Below, one piece after another: positions 38,426 to 46,895 of a stretch of 64,000 nucleotides of DNA; the first letter of the stretch is position 1; each line of letters opens with the position of its first letter. Under the pieces are notes generated by a model that was not told where the DNA came from, did not search any database, and saw nothing but the letters and a program-made list of their open reading frames with translations. The stretch lies in NCBI GenBank assembly GCA_022447545.1, contig JAKVBI010000022.1, forward strand, positions 30,903 to 94,902. Reading direction: 5' to 3'. This DNA comes from Myxococcota bacterium. GTDB taxonomy: Bacteria > Myxococcota_A > UBA9160 > SMWR01. A program made the position numbers and the translations under genes.

Positions 38426-40086
38426 GACTCGCTGGCCCGGCGTGTGAAGATCTCGAGGTCCCCGATGCGGATCGCAAAGCGATAGTGATTCTCGATCCAG
38501 GCTTCGAGTTCGGGAAATTCCATGAGCGCGTGATCGCTGTCCACCGGAGTGCGGGCGACCGTCTCGAACACGGCCCGGTCGGAGTGGATGACGACGATGG
38601 CAGCGGGTGGGTCCATTTCGAGGTCCGCGAGCAGTTCGCCTCTTGCCGCGTCTCTCGACCAGATGGCGCGCTGGGGAAGGTTGTAGATGTAGCGTGAGGC
38701 GGGCCGTCTCTTCGCGAGGTCGTAGAGCACCGGCTGGAAGCCCCAGATGTAGATCGATTCGTTCACCGGGGTGTGTGCTTCGATCCATTGCGCGGCGCGG
38801 TGGTTGCCCGGTGTGTCCACATCCCCTTCTGCGTAGAGGTGCTCGCGAATTCCCTGGCGTCCTTGAGGGGCTCCCAGGGCCCAGCCGCGTTGAGCACTCC
38901 GCATCCAGAATTCCTCCAGGGTGCCGGTGCCTGGCGCGGCCGTCGCGAAGACGGCCACCAGGGCTACCGCCGCCACGGCCACACTCCACCACGCTTCGCG
39001 GACCAGCAGCCAAAGCTTCCAGTAGCCCCAGCCTGCCAACAACCCCGTCAGCACGAAGGTCGCTGCGAAGTGGTAGTGGAAGAATTTTCCCTGGAGGGCG
39101 ACGCCGAGCTGGGCCATCAGGATCAACCCGAGCACATGGAGTGCCGCGGATCGCTCGCCGGGGTGCAACGGTCGGAGCATCACGAAGGGGACGATGCCCA
39201 TCAGGTTCAGTGGCGTCATGCGCATGAGCCACTCCCAGGCTGCCCGGCCGAGGAGCATGGGCAGGCGGTCGGGGTGAAAGTCGAGAGCGACGTAATGGGG
39301 GGTGAACACGAAAAGCGCCTGGTGTAGATCGGAGAGTGCCCCCTTGAAGGCGAAGTAGGCGAGGGTGATCAGGAGAGGGAACGCGGCGCCCACCGAAAAG
39401 GCGAGCAGGGGCGGACGGAGTGCCCCCCATGCGCGGGTTCGGGCGGGCTCCGGTGCAGAATTGGATGCCGAAGTCCAACGTTGCCAGGCCACCCAGGCGA
39501 TGCTGACGGCGATACCTCCGCCGAGCGGGGGTTTGAGCAGAGCCGCAGCCCCGTACAGGGCCCCTGCCATTCGCCAGTTCCTGGTGGCTCCCCTTCCCGG
39601 CGGCTGGGTGGCAAAGACCAGCGCCCAGGCCAACAGGGCAGCTCCAAACCCCTCGGGTTGGGCGGTGTTCCAGTACTCGAGGGGCACATAGGCGAAAACC
39701 GCCATGGCAGCTCCGAGAGCGCCGGGCTCCCAGCGTCCCACGGCGCGTCTCGAGAACAGCCCAAAGGCGGGGAAGATCGAGAGCAGGAGCAGGGCCTCGA
39801 GGATCCGAACGGCTCGCTGTTCGGGGCCGAACAGCACTTCACCGACCGCGAAGACGAGGTAGATGCCTGGCGGCTTGAAGTCCCAGGCCGCTCGGTAGGG
39901 GGCCTCGCCGCGCTGGACCGCATCCGCGACCACGGCGTAGATCCCCTGGTCCCGCCCGTAGCCGAAGTCGAGCAACTGGAGCAGGAAGAGTGCCGCTAGG
40001 ACCCCCGTGAAACCCAGCAGCCACCGGTCGCGGCGCATCGGCGGGGCGAATCGGTCATCGGCCCCCGGTTCCTTGGCATGGGTCAC
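38422..40086 (-). CDS. ArnT/PMT-like GT-C glycosyltransferase
   Basis: GRDQGIY..PYRAAWDFKPPG, AQPEGF, LLKP and HYHF; GTG 40086 overlaps the upstream stop (GTGA). Confidence 0.75.
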   Translation of the reverse strand: MTHAKEPGADDRFAPPMRRDRWLLGFTGVLAALFLLQLLDFGYGRDQGIYAVVADAVQRGEAPYRAAWDFKPPGIYLVFAVGEVLFGPEQRAVRILEALLLLSIFPAFGLFSRRAVGRWEPGALGAAMAVFAYVPLEYWNTAQPEGFGAALLAWALVFATQPPGRGATRNWRMAGALYGAAALLKPPLGGGIAVSIAWVAWQRWTSASNSAPEPARTRAWGALRPPLLAFSVGAAFPLLITLAYFAFKGALSDLHQALFVFTPHYVALDFHPDRLPMLLGRAAWEWLMRMTPLNLMGIVPFVMLRPLHPGERSAALHVLGLILMAQLGVALQGKFFHYHFAATFVLTGLLAGWGYWKLWLLVREAWWSVAVAAVALVAVFATAAPGTGTLEEFWMRSAQRGWALGAPQGRQGIREHLYAEGDVDTPGNHRAAQWIEAHTPVNESIYIWGFQPVLYDLAKRRPASRYIYNLPQRAIWSRDAARGELLADLEMDPPAAIVVIHSDRAVFETVARTPVDSDHALMEFPELEAWIENHYRFAIRIGDLEIFTRRASES

Positions 40087-41390
40087 GGCTCGGACCCCAC
40101 GGGGGCTGGTGGGTGGTAGGTGACCCTCCAAATGTGCTGTGAACCATCGTCGAGCACCAGCAGGGATCCATCGGCAAGCAACGTGAGGCCCGTGGGGCGA
40201 CCCCAGACGGGGCCGGGGCCTCCGCCGAAGCCATCGATGAAGGTCTCGAATCCACCTTCGGGGCGACCCGATTCATTCATGGGAATGCGTAGGACCGAGT
40301 AGCCACTCCGCTTGGATCGGTTGTAGGAGCCGTGCAGGGCCACCAGGAGGTCGCCGTCGTAGCCGGAGGGAAACATATCGCCCTGGTAGAAGGCTGCGCC
40401 CAGAGGCGTGCCGTGGGGGGGCAGGAGTACGTCGGGAACGAGGCTTCGGGCGATGGCTTCCGGGTCCAGCTCGGACAGGCGGGGCTCGGGGTTGGGGCCC
40501 AGGTAGGCCCAGGGCCACCCGTAAAAGCCGCCGGATCGGACCGCCGTTGCGAAGTCCGGCGGGAGGTCGTCGCCCAGACCGTCGCGTTCCGTCACGGCGG
40601 CCCACAGGTCACCTGTGTCGGGTTGGATCGCCAGTGACGAGGGGTTGCGGAGGCCCGAGGCGTAGACCCGCGAATTCGAGCCGTCAGGGTTCATAGCGAG
40701 GATCAGGGCACGGTTCGGCGGCTCACGACCCTGTCCGTTGTAGTTCGATTGGGAGCCGATACCCACGAATAGGGTGGCTCCATTGTCTGAGAAGGCGAGG
40801 TCCCGGGTCCAGTGCCCCCCGCCGGGCAGGGAAGCAATGACCTCGGGCTCACTCGAAATTCCCAGGTCTCCGGGCTCGAAGCGCGCTCTCACCACGGCAT
40901 TCTCGAAACCCACATACAGCCAGCCATCGGAATGGGCGAGTCCGTAGGGTCGGCTGGTGCCTTCGAGTAGATCGGCCCGTCGGTCCGGACGACCGTCGCC
41001 ATCGGTGTCTCGCAGAATCGAGACCTTCAGGCCGAAGGATTCAGCCACGATGACGTCGCCGTTGGCGAGAGCCAGGGCCCGACGAGGCCCGGATAGCCCG
41101 CTCGCCCAGGCTTGGACCGAAAAACCCGGGGGTGCGTAGAGGACAGGAATTCCGCCCGGGCGGCGTACCTGGATGTTGCGAGTCGCCGAGACCGTGGCAA
41201 AGGGTTCGGGGAGGGTTTGAGGATCGATGAAGCGCCGTTCTGGCGCTCTGGCGCGTGTCTCCACCGGTTGATTGGAGAACGGCAGGGGGCGGCTCTCGAA
41301 GGGGGGATCTGCGGGCGCAGTACAGGCCACCACCCCCCAGGACAGGGATAGCTGTACCGCGCACTTGCGTGCCAATACCCAACGGGTCAT
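40083..41390 (-). CDS. PQQ-dependent glucose/sorbosone dehydrogenase family beta-propeller, probable lipoprotein
   Basis: VVAC lipobox-like; GGHWTRDL, SGLRNP, ERDGLGDDLPPD, GFYGWP and GRPTGL. Start 41390-41423 uncertain. Confidence 0.85.
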   Translation of the reverse strand: MTRWVLARKCAVQLSLSWGVVACTAPADPPFESRPLPFSNQPVETRARAPERRFIDPQTLPEPFATVSATRNIQVRRPGGIPVLYAPPGFSVQAWASGLSGPRRALALANGDVIVAESFGLKVSILRDTDGDGRPDRRADLLEGTSRPYGLAHSDGWLYVGFENAVVRARFEPGDLGISSEPEVIASLPGGGHWTRDLAFSDNGATLFVGIGSQSNYNGQGREPPNRALILAMNPDGSNSRVYASGLRNPSSLAIQPDTGDLWAAVTERDGLGDDLPPDFATAVRSGGFYGWPWAYLGPNPEPRLSELDPEAIARSLVPDVLLPPHGTPLGAAFYQGDMFPSGYDGDLLVALHGSYNRSKRSGYSVLRIPMNESGRPEGGFETFIDGFGGGPGPVWGRPTGLTLLADGSLLVLDDGSQHIWRVTYHPPAPVGSEP

Positions 41391-41395
41391 ACACT
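41390..41395 (+). promoter_or_regulatory. -10 element TACACT, 8 nt before ATG 41404
   Basis: TACACT-cgaccgcc-ATG; no SD. Confidence 0.35.
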
Positions 41396-41403
41396 CGACC
41401 GCC

Positions 41404-43365
41404 ATGGGGGTCGGTCGTAGCATATCTCAGGCCGCTCTCTCTCCGAGGCGTCTGGCAGCCGCGGTGGGGGTGTTCCTGGGGGCGGCTCTGGTGTGGGGTC
41501 TGCACGCCCGCAGTTACCTGCCGTTCCTGTCGGACGACGCGCTGATTTCGCTGCGCTACGCCCAGAGGCTGCTCGACGGTTTTGGCCTGACATGGACCGA
41601 GGGGCCACGCGTCGAGGGCTATTCGAATCTGCTTTGGGTTCTGGCGGCCGCGGGTCTGGGGTCGTTGGGAGTGGGGTTGATCGAGGCCCTGCGCTGGTTG
41701 GGCGTCCTGGGGGCTCTGGCGACCCTGGCGGCGGTGTTGAGGGCAGCTCGGCCCACCGGCGTTTCGGATCTGCTACCGGCCCTGGGCGCCAGCGGATTGC
41801 TCGCGCTGTCGGGGTCGATGGGGGCCTGGACCGTGGGCGGCCTGGAACAACCGCTGTTGGCGGCACTCCTGGCCTGGGGACTGGTGGGGGTGTACCCCCT
41901 GCTCGAACCGCCTCGCCTCGAGTCGGCGCGCGAAGTGGCGAGGCGCGCCCTCGCACCGGCACTCGCCCTGGGGCTGCTGTGCTGGACCCGCCCAGATGGG
42001 GTGTTGTTTCCGGCAGCCGTCTGCCTCGCGATGATGAGTCTCTCTGAACTCGGGCGGGTTCGATGGGCAGCGATCCTCACGATCGGGACTTCGAGTGCGG
42101 TGTTCGTGGCGCTCCAGACGGCCTTCCGGCTCAGCTACTACGGGGCCTGGGTGCCGAACACCGCCAATGCGAAACTGGCGTTCTCGATTTCCCGGGCGTT
42201 CGAAGGCCTGGTCTACCTGGCCTCGGGGCTCGGGGAACATTTTCCCATGGTGCTGTTGGCCGGTTGCCTCGCGACCCTTGCGCTGGGGGATGCGGTTTCC
42301 GCCCGCCGCCTGCGAGTGATCGGGGTGTGTCTCGGGGTCTGGTGCGGATATGTGATCGCAGTGGGAGGCGATACGTTTCCCGCCTACCGACACCTCGTCG
42401 GGGTGGTGGTGTTGCTGTCCCTGGCGTGTGTGGAGGGGCTGCGGGCTGCGCTCCACCGCTGGGCGGAGCGGCCCTGGCTCCCCTGGCTGGCCACGTTGGC
42501 GGCTCTGGGGGGGCTGGCGGGATTGCAGGCCAATTCCTTCGAGAACCAACGGGCCCGGGAGGAAACCTGGGAGTGGGACGGGGAGGTGGTGGGCCGCTTG
42601 TTGGCCCGGGCTTTCGGAGAGCAGCGGCCGCTCATCGCCGTCGACCCCTCGGGCACGCTGCCCTTCTTCTCGGGGCTCCCCGCCGTGGACATGTTGGGCC
42701 TCAACGATCGCTACCTGGGTGAGCATCCACCGCCGGATCTCGGTCGAGGCTGGTTGGGCCACGAGCTGGGCGATGGGGACTACGTGTTGTCGCGGCAACC
42801 CGATCTGGTGTTGTTCTGTACGCCAGCAGGCGGAGCCACGCCGTGTTTTCGAAGTGGCCTCGAGCTCGTTCGTGACCCTCGCTTCGCCGCCGAATATCGG
42901 CTGCTGCACCTGGAGGGTGACGATCCCCATGTGTTCCGCACCCGCATCTGGGCCCGCCGGGACGGGCGCCTCGGATGGGTGCGGGCGGAGGATCACATCC
43001 AGGTCCCCGCCTACTGGCTCAGCGCCAACCCCGACAGCGTGGCCCGCTTGGACCCGTGGGGTGCGTGGTTCGTGGCGGTCGATACCACGACCTCCGCGGG
43101 GATTCGGGATCTGGAGCTGCTGCCCGGGGCGGCGCGCTGGCTTCTGAGCGTCCAGGCCGATGGGGGTCCCTGGGAGATCGTGGCCAGGCCGGCCCAGGGG
43201 GGCGCCTGGGAGGCGCGCGGTCGAGGCGGGAGCCTGACCTTCGAGGTCTCCAGTTCTCAGGCACAGGGGATTGATGTGAGCCTCGTGGCCCTCGATCCAG
43301 GGCAGGCCGTGAGGGTGTGGGGGCTCGAACTCGTCAGGGAGCCGTTGGGGCCGGCACCTGACTGA
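41404..43365 (+). CDS. AftB-like GT-C glycosyltransferase with C-terminal periplasmic domain
   Basis: SDDALISLRYA..DGFGLTW..RVEGYSNLLW, GLEQPL, TRPDG, PNTANAK and DMLGLND. Confidence 0.75.
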   Translation: MGVGRSISQAALSPRRLAAAVGVFLGAALVWGLHARSYLPFLSDDALISLRYAQRLLDGFGLTWTEGPRVEGYSNLLWVLAAAGLGSLGVGLIEALRWLGVLGALATLAAVLRAARPTGVSDLLPALGASGLLALSGSMGAWTVGGLEQPLLAALLAWGLVGVYPLLEPPRLESAREVARRALAPALALGLLCWTRPDGVLFPAAVCLAMMSLSELGRVRWAAILTIGTSSAVFVALQTAFRLSYYGAWVPNTANAKLAFSISRAFEGLVYLASGLGEHFPMVLLAGCLATLALGDAVSARRLRVIGVCLGVWCGYVIAVGGDTFPAYRHLVGVVVLLSLACVEGLRAALHRWAERPWLPWLATLAALGGLAGLQANSFENQRAREETWEWDGEVVGRLLARAFGEQRPLIAVDPSGTLPFFSGLPAVDMLGLNDRYLGEHPPPDLGRGWLGHELGDGDYVLSRQPDLVLFCTPAGGATPCFRSGLELVRDPRFAAEYRLLHLEGDDPHVFRTRIWARRDGRLGWVRAEDHIQVPAYWLSANPDSVARLDPWGAWFVAVDTTTSAGIRDLELLPGAARWLLSVQADGGPWEIVARPAQGGAWEARGRGGSLTFEVSSSQAQGIDVSLVALDPGQAVRVWGLELVREPLGPAPD

Positions 43366-44902
43366 TCTCGTAGATGGCCATGGAGGCCTGCACGTTGTTG
43401 GGGGCGATGGTGTAGGGCGCGGACGAGCGTCGAAAACGCTCCTTCAGCCCCCAGGTGCGGATCCAATCCGCGTCGACGTCCCCGGGAAAGGCGACCAGAT
43501 AATCCGGCCCGAATTCAGCGATTCTGGCGGGTCCATCGCGCAACAACGCGTGGCTGTTGAGACCCGCAAGGTCGAGGGTCTCTCGTCGTCCCACGAAACG
43601 CACGGCCCCGGCATCGAAGGTGGCCACGCGATCCGATGGGTTGGTGTGTCCGCGTAGCCATTCGCCGAGGCGGACCTGCACCTCGAGCATGTTCTGATTG
43701 TTCCAGGCGTAAGTGGCTGCCAGAGAAGCCGCCCGTGAGGGGATGGCCAGTACGATCGGCGCTCCGAGTAGGAGACAGAGGGCCAGGCGTTGGGTGCGCC
43801 GGCCGCCACGAGGGTCCAGCAGCGGGGCCGCACCCAGGCCCAACCAAACGGCCAACAGCGGGACCACCGGGTGCAGGTATCGGGACCAGTAGAAGTAGCG
43901 TGGATCGCCGAGTGAGTGGGTGCCGAGGATGCCGGCGATCAGGCCCAACGGCGCCAGTAGGGTCAGGAGACTCGCGTAACGGAGGCTCGCAGGTTCAGAG
44001 TCGACGCCGAGTCGAATCAACTGCCGAGCCCCGAGGATCATCAGCAGTGCGCCTGCGCCAAAACCGACGAGGCTCAGACTGCCGAGCGCCGAGAATGCGA
44101 AACGCGCATTCCAGACCAGGGCCTCCGCCATCGGCAGCCCGGTCGCCCCGAGGCCCTTGACGTAGAAGGTGGTGGGTAAGGGGTGTCCCGTGACCGCCCA
44201 GCAATACCCCAGCCACAGCGTTCCTGCGCCCAACAGCGGACCGAAGGCCACGGCGCAACGAAGCCATGGCTCACGTTCCTCCCTCAATTGGGAGGCGATC
44301 AGGGGCAGGGCAAGCAGAACCACGATGCCGCACTCGGGGCGTGCCAGGGGAGGGAGGGCCAGGGTCGCCGCCGCCCAGAGCGGCCGCCCCCGCGCCAGCA
44401 GCAGGATCGGGATCAGTAGGCAGGTTGCGGCCAGAACCACCTCCATGCCGGAAACGGAGTCGAACACGAAAGTCGGATTGGTGACGACTGCAGCCCCGGC
44501 CAGTGCGGCAGCCGGGAAGCACCGGGTCAAGCGGTCGACGAGCTGCGCCGTCATCCAACCACAGGCGCCGGCTAGAAGGACCCCCAGCAGTTTTACGGCG
44601 ACGGCGAGTGCTGGATCGGTGCCGAGTCCGAGCCAGAACATGGGGGCGAGCAAGAACACCCACAGGGGACTCGTGAAGCCCGCCTCAGGCTGGGCGGTGT
44701 TGTACGACAGGCCCTGAAAATTCGCGAGACTCTCGGCATACACCAGGTGGATCCAAGCGTCGTCGAGGGGAAACCCGACGAGGGCAGCGTCCGTCCCAGG
44801 GCTGCGGTCGAGGGTGAAGAACAACGCCCCGGCGAATTGCAGTGTCAACAGACTGCAGGTGAGCAGGGGCCAGCGGCTGCGATGGACGGTGGTTTGACTC
44901 AC
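43334..44902 (-). CDS. AftB-like GT-C glycosyltransferase
   Basis: LDDAWIHLVYAE..GFTSPLW, SGME, ARPE, TTFYVK and DLAGLN; ATGA overlap with the upstream TMTC-like gene. Confidence 0.7.
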   Translation of the reverse strand: MSQTTVHRSRWPLLTCSLLTLQFAGALFFTLDRSPGTDAALVGFPLDDAWIHLVYAESLANFQGLSYNTAQPEAGFTSPLWVFLLAPMFWLGLGTDPALAVAVKLLGVLLAGACGWMTAQLVDRLTRCFPAAALAGAAVVTNPTFVFDSVSGMEVVLAATCLLIPILLLARGRPLWAAATLALPPLARPECGIVVLLALPLIASQLREEREPWLRCAVAFGPLLGAGTLWLGYCWAVTGHPLPTTFYVKGLGATGLPMAEALVWNARFAFSALGSLSLVGFGAGALLMILGARQLIRLGVDSEPASLRYASLLTLLAPLGLIAGILGTHSLGDPRYFYWSRYLHPVVPLLAVWLGLGAAPLLDPRGGRRTQRLALCLLLGAPIVLAIPSRAASLAATYAWNNQNMLEVQVRLGEWLRGHTNPSDRVATFDAGAVRFVGRRETLDLAGLNSHALLRDGPARIAEFGPDYLVAFPGDVDADWIRTWGLKERFRRSSAPYTIAPNNVQASMAIYEISQVPAPTAP

Positions 44903-46845
44903 TGCTCAACCGCCTCGGGTGGCCGAGGCGACCTGCGCTGGGCGTCTCGTTCCAGTCGAATTCTTACCAGCTGGGCGCGTGCCGCGGCGTGGCTGGGGTC
45001 CCGGGCCAGGGCCGCCTCCAGGCTCGCCATGGCCGCCTCGAGGTTTCCGCGCTTCCACTGGGCGAGGCCCAGGTTCGCGTGCGCTCTGGCCTGCTCCGGG
45101 GTCAGGCGTACCGCGCGTTGGAAGTGCTCGATTGCCGCGTCGAGGTCTCCTTGGTCAGCGAGGTGGGCTCCCACGGCCTGGTGCGCTTCCGACAGTTCGG
45201 CGGCGTCGGTAGTTTGTATCGTGGCGGCCTCCAGGGCACCGGCGAGATGTTCGTAGGCCTCGTCGACGCGTCCCGACCGTTGGAGCAGGTCCGCGAGTCT
45301 CCCATGGGCCCCGGCATGGTGGGGGGCGAATTGGAGCGCCTGGCGGTAGTGATCCTCAGCCGCTGCGTCGTTGCCCAGGGCGAGGTCCACGTTTCCCAGG
45401 CCGGTATGGCTGTCGGCGTGGTCGGCCGCCATGGCGAGGGCGTTCTGGTAGTGACGCTCGGCACCCTCCAGGTCGTCGAGAGCGAGGCTGACCAGGCCGA
45501 GATTGGCGTGTGTATTGACCTCGGCTTCTGCGGCCAGGGACCTTTCGTAGTGGTGGCGTGCTCGTTCGAAGGCGCCCCGTCGGAGGTATACGGTTCCCAG
45601 GTTGTTGTGGGCGTGACGCGAGCCCGGGTTGATGGCGAGGGTGTTCAGGTAGAGCCGTTCCCGATCCTCGTAGAGGCTCGCCTGATGACGAGCTGTCGAG
45701 ATCTCGGCGGCGATCAGGAGGGCGGGGATCAGCCAGACGGCCGGGCCCGCTCGTTCGGCCAGGCGGGAAAAAACGGCGGCGGTCCCAGCGCATAACGCAG
45801 GCAGCGCCAGGTAGAGATACATGTCGGCCACGGGCGCGAAATTCAGGTGACCGAAATCCAAGAAGCCGAGGACGGGCGCCACCGCCAGTACGAACCAGAG
45901 TAGAACCGCGAAGGGGCTTCGCCCCCAGGCGTGGCGCCCCCACCAGGTGACACCGAGCAGGGCCGCGAATCCGCCGGCTGGCGCCACGGCCGCGACCCAG
46001 CTTCCCGCGGGTTCCCAGGCGGGATACAGAAACGTCAGGGGGTGGGGCCAGAAGGCGGTGACGAGATAGAACCAGAGTGCACGGCCCGCCATCGACGCGC
46101 GTCCGAGCAGGCTGGGGTCGGCGAGAGAGTCGGGGCCGGACATGGGGTTGTTGCTCTCGTAGAGCAGGCCGTTGGCTCCAAACAATCCGGCCAACAGGAT
46201 CATTGGAAGAACAGGCAGCAGGTCGTCGCCGCGCAGTCGACCGGTTTTCCACCAACGGATCAGGGGGAGTGCGAAGGGCACCACGACCACGGAGAGCTTG
46301 CTGAGGAGCCCGAAGAGAAATGCCGACAGCGCCACCGCGTACGCGGCGAGGTTCCGCGGTTCCCCTGCCCGAAAGCGGAGCCACGCCAGGATGCTGATCA
46401 GGCCGAAACTGGCGGCGAGGAGCGTCTTGCGTTGGGAGATCCAGGCAACGGCCTGGACGTTGGCGGGGTGAAGGGCGAACAGCAGCGCCGCCGCAAAGGC
46501 GCCGCGTACCTCCAGGCGCCACAGCAGGCGCCAGACGAGGAGTGAGTTCAGCACGTGGAGCGCGATGTTGGTCCTGCGGTAGCCGCCGGGGTCATCGCCC
46601 CAGACGCGCCACTCGAGCCAGAAACTGGTGTGGGTCAACGCGTAGTAGTCGTGAAACTCCGATCCGAGCCAGATTCGAAGCCAGCCATCGGGTGCCGCGA
46701 TCACGGAATTTCGGGCCACGTAGTCGTAGTCGTCGATCAGGAACTCGCCCGGTAGCGAGGGCAGGTAGGTGATGCAGGTCAGCGCGGCGAGGACGAATCC
46801 GCCCAGCAGCGCCCGCACGGACACGGCCCCCGTTCCCAGCATCAT
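44899..46845 (-). CDS. TMTC-like (DD-motif GT-C + TPR) putative protein O-glycosyltransferase, paralogue C
   Basis: FLIDD, NIALHVLNS, HPANVQAVAWISQR, LSK and ADMYLY, then about 7 TPRs. Confidence 0.8.
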   Translation of the reverse strand: MMLGTGAVSVRALLGGFVLAALTCITYLPSLPGEFLIDDYDYVARNSVIAAPDGWLRIWLGSEFHDYYALTHTSFWLEWRVWGDDPGGYRRTNIALHVLNSLLVWRLLWRLEVRGAFAAALLFALHPANVQAVAWISQRKTLLAASFGLISILAWLRFRAGEPRNLAAYAVALSAFLFGLLSKLSVVVVPFALPLIRWWKTGRLRGDDLLPVLPMILLAGLFGANGLLYESNNPMSGPDSLADPSLLGRASMAGRALWFYLVTAFWPHPLTFLYPAWEPAGSWVAAVAPAGGFAALLGVTWWGRHAWGRSPFAVLLWFVLAVAPVLGFLDFGHLNFAPVADMYLYLALPALCAGTAAVFSRLAERAGPAVWLIPALLIAAEISTARHQASLYEDRERLYLNTLAINPGSRHAHNNLGTVYLRRGAFERARHHYERSLAAEAEVNTHANLGLVSLALDDLEGAERHYQNALAMAADHADSHTGLGNVDLALGNDAAAEDHYRQALQFAPHHAGAHGRLADLLQRSGRVDEAYEHLAGALEAATIQTTDAAELSEAHQAVGAHLADQGDLDAAIEHFQRAVRLTPEQARAHANLGLAQWKRGNLEAAMASLEAALARDPSHAAARAQLVRIRLERDAQRRSPRPPEAVEQ

Positions 46846-46851
46846 GGTGGG

Positions 46852-46857
46852 ATTCTA
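46852..46857 (-). promoter_or_regulatory. -10 element TAGAAT, 6 nt before ATG 46845 (leaderless-type)
   Basis: Minus strand reads TAGAAT-cccacc-ATG; no SD. Confidence 0.6.
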
Positions 46858-46895
46858 TCCAAGGACGGGCCTTTGCCCGCTGGCGGGCAGCCCCC

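Noticed and set aside
36944-39478. Apparently long N-terminal extensions (36944..39478, 33215..34825, 50059..52653, 51986..53998, 58504..59883, 60586..62433, 17338..18447)
   Set aside because: The extensions overlap real neighbouring genes in other frames; true starts are supported by stop/start overlaps, SDs or -10 elements. They are not fusions.
45342-45349. GGCGGTAG ops/JUMPstart-like motif
   Set aside because: It lies inside a CDS on the antisense strand, not in an operon leader.
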